NCBI GenBank assembly: GCA_003141555.1
Contig: PLMN01000012.1
Location: 139,487-203,486, forward strand
Reading direction: 5' to 3'
Origin: Candidatus Aminicenantes bacterium
GTDB taxonomy: Bacteria; Acidobacteriota; Aminicenantia; Aminicenantales; UBA4085
Length of the DNA: 64,000 nucleotides
Shown: piece after piece, positions 50,761 through 60,627 of the stretch
Layout: each line of letters begins with the position of its first letter
Numbering within the stretch: position 1 is the stretch's first letter
Made by a program: the position numbers and the translations under genes
The notes under the pieces: generated by a model
The model's database searches: none
Told to the model about the DNA's origin: nothing
The model's input: the letters and a program-made list of their open reading frames with translations, nothing else

Positions 50761-53520
50761 ATGCGAAAGACGGCCCCCTGGATTCTCGCCCTGCTCCTGA
50801 TGAGCCGGGCCCTCGCCCTCTCGGGCGCGCCCCAGGTCCCCGCGCCCGAATCGGTCTTTGGCTTCAAGCCGGGGGCCGACATGAAGCTGGCGACCTACGA
50901 TCAGTCGATCGCGTATTTCAAACAGCTGGCCGCGGCTTCCCGGTGCGTGAGGCTCGTGGAGGCCGGGCGGACGAGCCAGGGGCGGATCGCGTATTTCGCC
51001 CTTGTTTCGAGCCCCGAGAACCTGATCCGGATCGATCAGTACCGTGAAATCGCCCAGCGCCTGGCCCATCCCGAGGGATTGACCGACGACGAGGCGCGCC
51101 GGCTGGCGCGCGACGGCCGGTCCTTCGTCCACATCGACGGCGGATGCCATTCGAGCGAGGTGGCCGGGGCCCAGATGATGCCTCAGCTCGCCTATGACTT
51201 GGTCCGGCGGGCCGACGAGCCCGAGGCCCGGGAAATCCTTGATAACGTGGTCTTCTTCCTCTGGCCGACCATGAACCCCGACGGCCAGCAGATGATCGGG
51301 GAGTGGCACTTGAAAAACCTGGGGACGCCCTACGAACAGTCCGGCCTGCCGCGCCTCTATCAGGAATACGTCGGCCACGACAACAACCGCGACGGCTACA
51401 TGCTCAACATGATCGAGTCGCGGATGATGGAGCACTTCTGGCGGCAATGGGAGCCGCAGATCGTCTATGTCCACCACCAGACGGCGCCGTTCCCGACGCG
51501 CATCTGGCTTCCGCCGTTCTCCGAGCCGGTGGGATTGGAGGCGCCCTACATCTCCTCGCGCGAGGTGAACATGATCGGCATGGCGATCGCCCAGGGCCTG
51601 GAGGAGCGGGGGATGGTCGGCGCGACCCACATGGGGACGAATTTCGACGCCTGGTATCCGGGCTATGTCGACTATGCGCCGATCTTCAAGAATATCCCGG
51701 CCTTCTGGACCGAGACGGCGGGCAACATGGCCATGCCGCGCGAGTACGCGCCGAACGACATCCCCGCGGGATTCCGGGACCTCCGGACCCAAAGCCTCTA
51801 CGTCAGCCCCTGGCCGGCGGGCTGGTGGCGCCTGGCCGACGCCGTGGCCTACGACGAGGCAGCTTCGTGGTCGGTGCTCGAATACGCGGCGAAATACCGG
51901 GAATCGCTTCTCTACAACCGTTATCAGGCCGGGCGGGACCAGATCGCGCGCGGGAGGAAATCCGGGCCGTTCGCCTACGTCGTCCCGCAGGACCAGCGCG
52001 ATCCGGTCGCGGCCGTCGAGCTCCTCCGCCGCCTCGCTTTCGCCGGGGTGCGCGTCTGGCAGCTCACGGCGCCGGCCGCGCTGGACGGGGTGACGTATCC
52101 GGCGGGCGCGTGGATCGTGCCCACGGACCAGGAATTCGCGGCGATGGCCCGCGAGCTGCTGGACGTGCAGAAATACCCCGACCTCCGCCAGTATCCGGGC
52201 GGGCCGCCGCTCCGGCCCTACGACGCGGCGGGCTGGACCCTGCCCCTCCAGATGGGCGTCAAATGGGCGGGCGTCGCGGCGCCGCTCGGCGACGACGTCC
52301 GATCCAACATGAAGCTCCTGGGGACAAAACCCGACCCGAAGGCCCGGCCCACGGCCTATAACCTGGAGCCGGCCGTCGACGCGGCGGTCTTCGACAGCGT
52401 CCCGGGCATCGGCTTCGACGCCAGCCCTTCGGCCGCGGCCATCATCCCCCCGCCGGGGAAGATCACTGGCTCGGGGCGGGCGCTCGCCGTGGACCCGGCC
52501 CAGAACAACGCCTTCCGCGCCCTTAACAAGGCCTGGAAGCAAGGCGGTCAGGTGGCGTTTCTCGCAGGCGGGCCGGGAGCCGAACCGAAATATCTCATCA
52601 CCGGGCTATCCGTCTCGGCGCAGGAGGAGATGGTCCGATCGCTGGCCCTGAGCGCCGAGCGGACCTCTCCGGGGGGCGTTCCGGTGAAGAAGCCCCGGAT
52701 CGGCCTGGTTCAGCCGTGGAGCGGAAGCCTGGACGAAGGCTGGACCCGCTGGCTCCTCGAGCGGTACGGTTTTGAATTCGTGACCCTTCACCCCGAGGAC
52801 TTCCACGCCCCGCTTCGGAACAAGGTCGACGTGGTCATCCTCGCCGATGATGTCCGGCTGCCCGTGGCGGGCGGCGGCGCGGCCCAGGGCGGGCGCGGCG
52901 GCGGAGGCGGGATGCCCCCGGAGGGCGGGCCGCCGACAGGGATGCCTCCCGCGGGCGGGCCGCCGGCCGGAGGGGCGGGGCAGATGGGCGGAGGACGGGG
53001 CGGCGCGCGAGCCGTCCGGCCCGAATATGCCTACGCGCTCACAAGCGAGGACCTGCAGGCGTTCGAGGCGTTCGTTCGCGGGGGCGGGACCGTGGTCTGC
53101 TTCAGCTCGGCCGCGCGCTTCGCGATCCAGCAGTTCAAGCTTCCCGTCAAGAACGGCATCGAGGGCTTGAAGTCCGAGGAGTTCTTCCTGCGCGGATCGA
53201 TCGTCAGCCTCGTCGTGGACACGAAACACCCGGTCATGGCCGGGATGCCCGAGAAGGCGGCTGTGTTCGTGGACGGAAGCCCGGTTTTCGACAGGCTCGA
53301 GGGCTTCAAGGGAACGGTCCTGGCGAAATATCCCGATACGGGCTCGCCTCTGTTGTCGGGGTGCCTGATCGGGGAGAAGTACGTCCAGGGGAAGGCGGCG
53401 GCGCTCGATGTCGAGCTCGATCAGGGACATATCGTCCTGTTGGGCTTCAAGCCGGAGTGGCGCGCCCAGCCCTTCGGGACGTTCCGCGTGGTGTTCAACG
53501 CCGCGCTCTACGGCAAGTGA
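50761..53520 (+). CDS. Secreted M14 family zinc carboxypeptidase with a C-terminal extension containing a Gly/Pro-rich low-complexity insert
   Basis: Signal peptide. Zinc-binding HxxE (GGCHSSEV). M14 core. A low-complexity stretch at 52861-53010. Confidence 0.75.
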   Translation: MRKTAPWILALLLMSRALALSGAPQVPAPESVFGFKPGADMKLATYDQSIAYFKQLAAASRCVRLVEAGRTSQGRIAYFALVSSPENLIRIDQYREIAQRLAHPEGLTDDEARRLARDGRSFVHIDGGCHSSEVAGAQMMPQLAYDLVRRADEPEAREILDNVVFFLWPTMNPDGQQMIGEWHLKNLGTPYEQSGLPRLYQEYVGHDNNRDGYMLNMIESRMMEHFWRQWEPQIVYVHHQTAPFPTRIWLPPFSEPVGLEAPYISSREVNMIGMAIAQGLEERGMVGATHMGTNFDAWYPGYVDYAPIFKNIPAFWTETAGNMAMPREYAPNDIPAGFRDLRTQSLYVSPWPAGWWRLADAVAYDEAASWSVLEYAAKYRESLLYNRYQAGRDQIARGRKSGPFAYVVPQDQRDPVAAVELLRRLAFAGVRVWQLTAPAALDGVTYPAGAWIVPTDQEFAAMARELLDVQKYPDLRQYPGGPPLRPYDAAGWTLPLQMGVKWAGVAAPLGDDVRSNMKLLGTKPDPKARPTAYNLEPAVDAAVFDSVPGIGFDASPSAAAIIPPPGKITGSGRALAVDPAQNNAFRALNKAWKQGGQVAFLAGGPGAEPKYLITGLSVSAQEEMVRSLALSAERTSPGGVPVKKPRIGLVQPWSGSLDEGWTRWLLERYGFEFVTLHPEDFHAPLRNKVDVVILADDVRLPVAGGGAAQGGRGGGGGMPPEGGPPTGMPPAGGPPAGGAGQMGGGRGGARAVRPEYAYALTSEDLQAFEAFVRGGGTVVCFSSAARFAIQQFKLPVKNGIEGLKSEEFFLRGSIVSLVVDTKHPVMAGMPEKAAVFVDGSPVFDRLEGFKGTVLAKYPDTGSPLLSGCLIGEKYVQGKAAALDVELDQGHIVLLGFKPEWRAQPFGTFRVVFNAALYGK

Positions 53521-53804
53521 GCTTGAAGAATGCCGTCGGGAAGCCGCCAAACCGCGGGCTGCGGTCGTATGTCGCCTTCCTGCGCGGCCTCAATATGGGA
53601 GGACGGAGGGTGATCGCCATGGCGGATCTCCGGGCGGCGTTTGCTTCGCTGGGTTTCGCGAGCCCCCGAACGATCCTGGCCGGCGGCAATGTGGTGTTCG
53701 AGTTTCCGAACGGGAACGGCGCCCATCTCGCTCGTGACGTCCAGCGCGGCTTGAAATCCTCGACTGCAAAGGCCTGTCATCGGAGGATCATCAAAGGTAA
53801 ATGA
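53517..53804 (+). pseudogene. Truncated DUF1697-family remnant
   Basis: RSYVAFLRGLNMGGRRVIAMADLRAAFASLGFASPRTILAGGNVVFE matches the N-terminus of DUF1697. It stops after about 95 codons, whereas the family is typically about 180 aa. Confidence 0.35.
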
Positions 53805-53859
53805 AGAAATTCCTGGCCGGAATTCTGGCGGCTGGAGCGATCTTCGCCTTCGGGCCGGC

Positions 53860-54996
53860 GTGGCCGGCTCGGGCTGCGATCGCTTCGGCGGATACACGGA
53901 CACCCGGGCTCGGGCAACGGGCTTTTTCCGCGTCGAGCGGATCGACGGCCGGTGGTGGTTCATCGACCCGGAGGGGCATCTCTTCCTGTCGACCGGGGCC
54001 AACAGTATTCGGCCAGGGGAAGGGGCGGACGGAGCCGATCTGGTCTCCCGGAGAATGAGCGCCTGGGGCTTGAACACGATCGGGAACTGGTCCTCCCTGA
54101 AGCCGTCTTCGGACGGGGCGCGGAAAGCCTACGTGACCACGTTCCGATCGCCCCGCTCCGATCCCGTTTATCTGGGCATGCCGGATGTCTATTCCGAGGA
54201 ATTCGCCCGGGGCGTCGAGCGGGCCGCCGAGACGCAGTGTGCGCCCCTCAAGGACGATCCTTGGCTGCTTGGTTATTTCCTCGGCAACGAGCCGCCCTGG
54301 TCTCGCCGGGAAAGCGAGCTGGCGGACATGTTCCTCAAGGGGCCCGATTCGGCCGCCGGGCAAAAGCTACGGGAATTCCTGGCCAAGGGCGATACCCCCC
54401 GCCGCCGTGAGGAATTCGTCTGGGGCATGTTCGAGCGGTACCTCGACCTGATGGCCCGGGCCATCAAGAAGGCCGATCCGAACCATCTGAATCTCGGCAT
54501 CCGCTTCGGAGGCATTCCCGCGGACGAAATCCTCAAGCTCGACCGGTCGTTCGACGTCTGCAGCCTCAACGTCTATGAGTATGAGCCCACGCGCCAGCTG
54601 AAGAAGGTGGCCGACGTCACGGGCCGCCCCCTGCTCATCGGCGAATTCCATTTCGGCGTTCCGGCCGACGGGCTCGGCGCCGGGCTTGTCCAGACGGCCG
54701 ACCAGGCGGAGCGGGCCAAGGGCTATCGCTATTACATGGAACAGGCGGCCGCCCTTCCGTGCTTCGTCGGGGCCCACTGGTTCGAGTGGGCGGACGAGCC
54801 GGTCCTCGGCCGCATGGACGGGGAAAACTACAATATCGGGTTCGTGGACGCCACGAACCGGCCCTACCGCGAGCTGGCGGACGCGGCCGCCGCGACGCAC
54901 GCCCGGCTTTCCGAGGTGCATGCGGGAAGGATGCCGCCGTTCGCGGAGAGGCCGCGCGCTTCCGAACACGGCAACCCCGCATCCCCCTGGGACTGA
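53860..54996 (+). CDS. GH5-like (clan GH-A) glycoside hydrolase. The catalytic body is in frame 1, and a probable cognate signal peptide starts at the ATG at 53801 in another frame.
   Basis: NEP acid/base motif (GYFLGNEPPW) and nucleophile in LIGEFHFG. The upstream ORF MKKFLAGILAAGAIFAFGPAWPARA (from 53801) overlaps as ATGA with the preceding ORF and then loses frame. Confidence 0.65.
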   Translation: MAGSGCDRFGGYTDTRARATGFFRVERIDGRWWFIDPEGHLFLSTGANSIRPGEGADGADLVSRRMSAWGLNTIGNWSSLKPSSDGARKAYVTTFRSPRSDPVYLGMPDVYSEEFARGVERAAETQCAPLKDDPWLLGYFLGNEPPWSRRESELADMFLKGPDSAAGQKLREFLAKGDTPRRREEFVWGMFERYLDLMARAIKKADPNHLNLGIRFGGIPADEILKLDRSFDVCSLNVYEYEPTRQLKKVADVTGRPLLIGEFHFGVPADGLGAGLVQTADQAERAKGYRYYMEQAAALPCFVGAHWFEWADEPVLGRMDGENYNIGFVDATNRPYRELADAAAATHARLSEVHAGRMPPFAERPRASEHGNPASPWD

Positions 54997-55286
54997 TCGA
55001 GGCCGGGTCAACGCCTAGGATTTTCTTCCAAGGGGGCGGGAATGCTCCCGGCGGCTTTCCGGATCCGGCCGTCCCGGAAATGACCAAGGCCTTCCCGGCC
55101 CGACACTTGAAGGACGAGCAAGCCAACATTGTCGATAGGAATCTTTTAGGGTTGGAACGAAGCCGCGGATTTGAGGACACCGCTCCGCACACCGCTTCAA
55201 AAGCTTCAACGCCGGGGTGTGGGCCGCCGCGTTCCCCTCCCGAAACTCATGACTTCCTATCGGCAATCTGCGGCCGCTCCGGGCGC

Positions 55287-55316
55287 TTGACTCACGGCCA
55301 GCCCCGGGACTATAAG
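55287..55316 (+). promoter_or_regulatory. Sigma70-type promoter (TTGACT-N18-TATAAG)
   Basis: It lies about 45 nt upstream of the ATG at 55362. Confidence 0.35.
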
Positions 55317-55361
55317 GTGGACATCAGGGAGTTTCCGATCTTCGGCGGCGAGGAGGCGATC

Positions 55362-55992
55362 ATGAGCAAATCAGCGGGCCGCATCGCGCGCCTCGTTTTA
55401 ATCCTGGCCGGGGCGCTGGCCCTCGGAGCTCAGGACCTCGCCGTCAGGGAGATCATCCGGTTGAAGCGGCTGGGATTCAGCGATGCGGACGTCAAGACGT
55501 CGATCCGGCCGTCATCCTTGCTTTGAAGGGCAAGCCCTTGGGCTTGAACGAGCTGAAGCTGTTGGCCGAGGGCCGCGTTCCGGAAGGGATCTATCTCAAG
55601 CTGAAGCAAGCCGTCGGCTTTGAAGCCGCAGATCTCAGCGCAGGCAATGCGCTTGCCCTGGACCGAGCCGGCGTCCCTGAAGCGGTCTTGGCCCTGCTCC
55701 GGCAGCCGCCGAAGAAGACGAGCATCCCGCCGCCCTGGTGGGGACATGGGAAGGGACGTGGATCATGGGGACGATGTACGTGAAGGTCCAGATCACGTTC
55801 AAGGCGAACGGCGATTTTCACCTGTTGATGGGCTCGGGCATTTACGAGCAGGGCATCTGGGCGGTGCGCGATACGGTCCTCCTCCTCACGCCCGACAACA
55901 GCGAGACGGAAGGGGATAACATGGAGTTGAACGGTAATCGGCTAAAGATCAAGGGGCGGATGGGGACCCTGGACCTCACGAAGGTCCGGTAA
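55362..55992 (+). pseudogene. Possible fragmented gene for a small secreted protein (signal peptide, LKxLGF repeats and a beta-rich C-terminal domain) split over three frames
   Basis: The ATG at 55362 has GAGGAGG-5-ATG. Consecutive overlapping ORFs lie at 55362-55526 (frame 0), 55523-55783 (frame 2) and 55738-55992 (frame 1). Confidence 0.3.
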
Positions 55993-56004
55993 GCGCCGGC
56001 GGCC

Positions 56005-57099
56005 ATGCCTTCCGAATTCAAGGACCGCCTGCTTTCCCTCGACCTCTTCCGCGGAATGACGATGTTCTTCCTCATCGGGGAGAGTACCCGCATCTACGAG
56101 CACCTCGTCGATCCCGCCCTCAAGGGCTCGATCCTCTACGCGATCGGCACCCAGTTCGAGCATCATCCCTGGAACGGACTCCGGGCCTGGGATCTGGTCC
56201 AGCCGTTCTTCATGTTCGTCGTGGGCGTGGCCTTGGCCTTCTCGGTCGTCTCGCGCGAGGGCCGGGGCGAGCCCCGCTCCCGGATCACGGGGCACGCCGT
56301 CCGGCGGGCCCTGCTCCTGCTTCTTCTCGGCTGGGCGCTCTATTGCATCGAGCCAGGCCGGATCACGTTCCGTTTCCAAAATGTCCTGGCCCAGCTCTCC
56401 GTGACCTACCTTATCGCCTATTTCATGATGAGGCGTCCCGCGCGCGCCCAGATCGCCCTGAGCTTCGGTCTGCTCATCTTGACCGAAGTCCTCTACCGGA
56501 CCTTCGCCGCGCCGGGCTTCAACCAGCCGTTCGTCCCGGACCACAACTTCGGCTCGTGGGTGGACATGCTGATCTCGGGCGAGCTGTCGGCCGGGCACTG
56601 GGTGTCGTTCAACGCCATCCCGACCGCGGCCCACACGATCTGGGGCGTCCTCGCCGGGCAGCTGCTGATGAGCGCCCGGCCGCCCCGCCGGAAGTTCTCG
56701 ATCCTGGCCTTGACCGGCCTGGCCGGCATCGCGGCCGGGTTCGCCTTGAATCCCGTGACGCCGGTCATCAAGCGCATCGCCACGAGCTCGTTCGTGATCA
56801 CGAGCGGCGGCTTCTGCCTCCTGACGCTCGCCTTGTGCTACGGGTTCGTGGATATCCTCGGTTTCCGGAGATGGACCAAACTCTTCGCCCTCGTCGGGAC
56901 GAACTGCCTGGCCATCTATCTGTTCACCGAGAGCGGCGGCACGTCCTGGATTCTAGGGCTGGTCCAGCCGTTCACGGTCCTTCTTTTTTCCTGGGCGGGC
57001 GATCTACCGGCCGCGATCGCGACCAGCCTTGCCGCTTGGTCCGTTCTCTGGCTGATGTGCTATTGGTTGTATCAGCGGAAGATCGTCATAAAAATATAA
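56005..57099 (+). CDS. Membrane acyltransferase-like protein (DUF1624/DUF5009, HGSNAT-like)
   Basis: N-terminal SLDLFRGMTMFFLI motif followed by about 10 TM helices. Confidence 0.55.
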   Translation: MPSEFKDRLLSLDLFRGMTMFFLIGESTRIYEHLVDPALKGSILYAIGTQFEHHPWNGLRAWDLVQPFFMFVVGVALAFSVVSREGRGEPRSRITGHAVRRALLLLLLGWALYCIEPGRITFRFQNVLAQLSVTYLIAYFMMRRPARAQIALSFGLLILTEVLYRTFAAPGFNQPFVPDHNFGSWVDMLISGELSAGHWVSFNAIPTAAHTIWGVLAGQLLMSARPPRRKFSILALTGLAGIAAGFALNPVTPVIKRIATSSFVITSGGFCLLTLALCYGFVDILGFRRWTKLFALVGTNCLAIYLFTESGGTSWILGLVQPFTVLLFSWAGDLPAAIATSLAAWSVLWLMCYWLYQRKIVIKI

Positions 57100-57102
57100 T
57101 CG

Positions 57103-57126
57103 GCTTCGACGGGCGAAGCCCGGGCC
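57103..57126. terminator. Hairpin between convergent genes (GGCTTCG acggg CGAAGCC)
   Basis: A 7-bp perfect stem lies between the stop at 57099 (+) and the stop at 57175 (-). Confidence 0.35.
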
Positions 57127-57174
57127 ATCGACGGCGGCCAAGTCCCCGGGCATCGCCCGGCGGCGGTTTCCGAT

Positions 57175-60100
57175 CTACTTGGCCGGTTCCCGGCTCGCTT
57201 CTTTCTTCAGGAAGGACACGCCTTCGGTCAGCCACTTGGGCGCCGGCGCGCCCTTGAGGTAGTGGTCGAAGAACTCGAAATACCGGACCGTCAGGTCCTT
57301 CCGGTTCCCCAGCCCGCGCAACCCGTGCCCTTCGCCAGGGTATGAGAGGAAAACGGCTTTCTTGCCGTTGTATCGGAGCGCATTGTAGAAGCCGAGGCCG
57401 TTGTGAAAATCGACGGTCGGGTCGGCCCCGCCGTGCATGATCAGGAACGGCGCGGTCACGTTCGGCACGTGGGTGATCGCCGATTCGTAGATATAGCGCT
57501 CGGGCTGGTCCCACGGGGAGAAGCCCCAGCGCCCCTGATCGTAGAGGTAATAGTCGAACGCGTTGTCGCCGCTGCCGCCGTTGACCGCGTAGGCCCAGCC
57601 CCAGTTCTGAGTGAAGTCATAGGTGAGGTCGATGACCCCCGCGCCCATGCCCACGGCCGCGAACATCTTGGACATCGTCCCGATGAAGGCCGCGCCCTCG
57701 CCGCCGTAGCTGTGGCCGGTGACGGCGATCCGCTTCGGGTCGGCATAGCCCATCTCGATCACCTTGCGCGTGGCGGCTTCGACGCACTCGAGCATGTCGG
57801 TGTGCGAGGATCCGGTCCGGAAGTGGACGTCGGGCAGCATCGTGAGATAGCCGTCGCTCACCGCCTGCATGGGCGATCCGCCCATGCCGGTGAGATACGA
57901 CGGCGGATTGTAGCGGTGCATGGCCTGGGAGTTCTTCTCGTAGAACGTCACGATCATGGGCCGCTTCTCGCCCGGCTTGTAGTCGTCGGGGAGGGCCAGG
58001 ATGCCCTGCAGCCGCACGCCGTCCTTGTTCTTGAAGCCGAAGAGGAGGCGATGGCCCCACAGGAATCCGGCCTGCTGCGGATTCGCGTCGCTGATCTTCT
58101 TCGCGTCCTTGAAGCCCGGGCCGGAGACGCGCAGATCGGGAAACTCGACGAATGTCTGCCGGGTGAACAGATACTTGTCGGCCTTCATGGCCCGGACAGG
58201 GGGGCTGAACGACGCGTCCTCATAGATGATCTCCTTCAGCGCCCCGCCGGAAAGCTCGTAGAAACCGGATTTCTTCGTCCACTCGCCGTAAGCCGACAGC
58301 GTGATCGGCTTGGCCAGGTCGATCGATCCGCGCGGACCGACCGAGCGGGGGAGGGTCGGGTCCGGCGGCTCGGGGCGGACGATACGGAATCGGATCTCCT
58401 TTTCGTTCCCGAGCCCGGCGGTCAGGTTCTTAGGGGCGGAACCGTCGAGCGGGAGAACCCAGAGATCATACTTGTGCTGGAGGATGACCGCCTTGCCGTC
58501 GCTCGTGAATCCTGCGAGGCCGAAGGACGGCTTCGGCCCCGGATGGTCGTACTCGGTGTCGATGAAGCTCGGCGCGCGTCCGGCGCCGAGCATCCTGGTC
58601 GCGCCCGTCTCGAACTCATAGGCCTGGAAATTGCCGTTCTTCCAGAAAAGGAAGTGCGTTCCCTGGGGCGAAATACCGAATGCGTGGGCGCCGGTCAGCT
58701 GCCCCTTGGTGATCAGCGTCCGCTCCCCGGTGGCCGTGTTCACGCGGTAAAAGTCCGCCGCCGGCCGTCGGTAGTCGTGGATGTAGCCGCGCGTGTCGCG
58801 GCCGATGGCCCACTTGCCGTCCGGGGCGACGTCGAGCTCCCGCATCGTCTCATCCGCGAGTTTGATCAAGCGCTTGGCGGCGACGTCGAACGCCTGGCGG
58901 AACGTGAAATTGCGGTCCTGGTCCGCGCGGACCATCTGGGCCGATTGGACCCGCTCGTCGCCCGTATTCCAGACGTCGACGTCGGCCGCCTCGTCCGTCG
59001 AGCGGCGCGTGGTATCGGGCGCCGCAACCTGTTCCTTTATTCCGAAGAAGACGCGCTTGTTGTCTTCGCTCCAGGCGAGCGCCGCCCGATCGCTGATGAC
59101 CCAGCCCTTCGGAAAGCCGTCCGTCTTCGCCGCCTCGAGGACGATGGGCCCGACGGCGGCGCCCTCCTTCACGGCCGCCGCGACGTCCGGGAAGGCGAGG
59201 AGCAGGCTGTCCTTCTCCCGCATCTTTTCGACTTCGCTCCCTTTGAGGACGGCGAGGGAATTGCCCTCATCGCTCCAGGCGATGCGGCTGTAGCTCTTGG
59301 CCTCGTTGTCGAGCGGCGTGATGCGCCCGCTGCGCGCGTCGAAGACGAAGACGCCGTTGCCGTCCTTGACGGCGGCGTCCACGGCATAGGCGAGGAGCTC
59401 CCCGGTGCGATTGAAGGCGATGTCGGCCACGCTGCCGAGAAGGATGTGCCGGCCGGTCCGAAGGTCCAGCAGGATAACGTCGAGCCCGCGGGGCCCGGCG
59501 CCCGCCGCATTCGGATCAACCCCGGCCGGAGCCCCGCCGCCCGGAGGAGGAGGAAAGCCGCCGCCCCGCGCTCCCGTCGGAGCCGCCGTCTCCGTTCCCC
59601 GTCGGCGGAGGGCCAGGTAATTTGATGTCGGAGCGAAGATGATCGTCCCGATCTCCTGCCAGGACCGCACCGCGCCGGTCTCCAGGTTGCGCAGCTCGAC
59701 GCGCCTGGGAGGAATGGCGGGGGCCGCCCCGCCGCGGCCGCCCTGGGCCTGTTGTCCGGCCGGGACGGCGGCTTGGACGGGGGTCGGGGTTGTCGAACCG
59801 GGCTGCGCGGGCGAGGTCGCGCCGGGCGTCGCCGATCCCGTTCCCGCGCCGGCCCGGTTTGCGCGAGCCCGTTGGGCGGCGCCGGGGTCGACCTGGTAGG
59901 CGATCCACTTCGAGTCGGCCGAGAAAACGGGGTCCGCGGCGTCGGGCACCGTCACATCGGCGCCGGTCTCGAGATTGAGGATGTGCAAGACGGGCTTGGC
60001 CTCGGCCGGGATGGTGTTGGTGAGCTGGAGGACGTAGGAGGCCCACTTCCCGTCGGCCGAGATCGCCTGGCTCGCGATGGAGCGCCATTGGGCATAGTCG

Positions 60101-60243
60101 TCGATGGCCATGGCTTTCTTCTTTGCGTCGGTCCCGGCGGCTTGGGGCAGGGCATAAGCCGCCGTCAGCGCGACGGCCAGAGCGAGGACGAAGGTCACGA
60201 TCCGGCGGCGCGTGATCAGGGATTTCGGGGCATTCTTGTTCAT
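57175..60243 (-). CDS. S9 family serine peptidase with N-terminal beta-propeller and low-complexity inserts
   Basis: Signal peptide. GHSYGGEG nucleophile elbow. Ala/Gly/Pro-rich linkers. It is a paralog of the genes at 13530 and 1-331. Confidence 0.8.
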   Translation of the reverse strand: MNKNAPKSLITRRRIVTFVLALAVALTAAYALPQAAGTDAKKKAMAIDDYAQWRSIASQAISADGKWASYVLQLTNTIPAEAKPVLHILNLETGADVTVPDAADPVFSADSKWIAYQVDPGAAQRARANRAGAGTGSATPGATSPAQPGSTTPTPVQAAVPAGQQAQGGRGGAAPAIPPRRVELRNLETGAVRSWQEIGTIIFAPTSNYLALRRRGTETAAPTGARGGGFPPPPGGGAPAGVDPNAAGAGPRGLDVILLDLRTGRHILLGSVADIAFNRTGELLAYAVDAAVKDGNGVFVFDARSGRITPLDNEAKSYSRIAWSDEGNSLAVLKGSEVEKMREKDSLLLAFPDVAAAVKEGAAVGPIVLEAAKTDGFPKGWVISDRAALAWSEDNKRVFFGIKEQVAAPDTTRRSTDEAADVDVWNTGDERVQSAQMVRADQDRNFTFRQAFDVAAKRLIKLADETMRELDVAPDGKWAIGRDTRGYIHDYRRPAADFYRVNTATGERTLITKGQLTGAHAFGISPQGTHFLFWKNGNFQAYEFETGATRMLGAGRAPSFIDTEYDHPGPKPSFGLAGFTSDGKAVILQHKYDLWVLPLDGSAPKNLTAGLGNEKEIRFRIVRPEPPDPTLPRSVGPRGSIDLAKPITLSAYGEWTKKSGFYELSGGALKEIIYEDASFSPPVRAMKADKYLFTRQTFVEFPDLRVSGPGFKDAKKISDANPQQAGFLWGHRLLFGFKNKDGVRLQGILALPDDYKPGEKRPMIVTFYEKNSQAMHRYNPPSYLTGMGGSPMQAVSDGYLTMLPDVHFRTGSSHTDMLECVEAATRKVIEMGYADPKRIAVTGHSYGGEGAAFIGTMSKMFAAVGMGAGVIDLTYDFTQNWGWAYAVNGGSGDNAFDYYLYDQGRWGFSPWDQPERYIYESAITHVPNVTAPFLIMHGGADPTVDFHNGLGFYNALRYNGKKAVFLSYPGEGHGLRGLGNRKDLTVRYFEFFDHYLKGAPAPKWLTEGVSFLKKEASREPAK

Positions 60244-60627
60244 GGCGGATCCTTTCAGGCGGGATCTACTTGGGGCCCCTCTGGAAGGGACCCCGGCTCT
60301 TCGAAGGCGTTCATTCTCTTGAATCCTAGTGGGTGTTCAGGTGCAAGTCAAGGCAAACAAAAAAGATGTCAAAATGGAAGAATTTTCTTTCGTTGTCGTC
60401 TAAAAGTTAGATTAAGACTTTCTTTTGCCGGTTGTAGGAAGTCCGCGATTCTGGTTCCCCTAACCCCCCTTGCTAAAACAACCGGCCTCAACCCCCCGGG
60501 CCGTTTTCCGACGGTCGAACATCGGTTCGGCGAGCCGATCGCTGGATTCCGGGCTCTCCGGATCGCCGGGCATTTGAGAAAAAAGGCGAGAATCAATAAA
60601 CTGAGAATACGGTGAGGCGAAAATCGA

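Noticed and set aside
55523-55783. Treating the TTG-initiated ORF 55523-55783 as an independent gene
   Set aside because: TTG start and no RBS. Its sequence continues the repeat motifs of the upstream frame, so a frameshifted single gene is more parsimonious.
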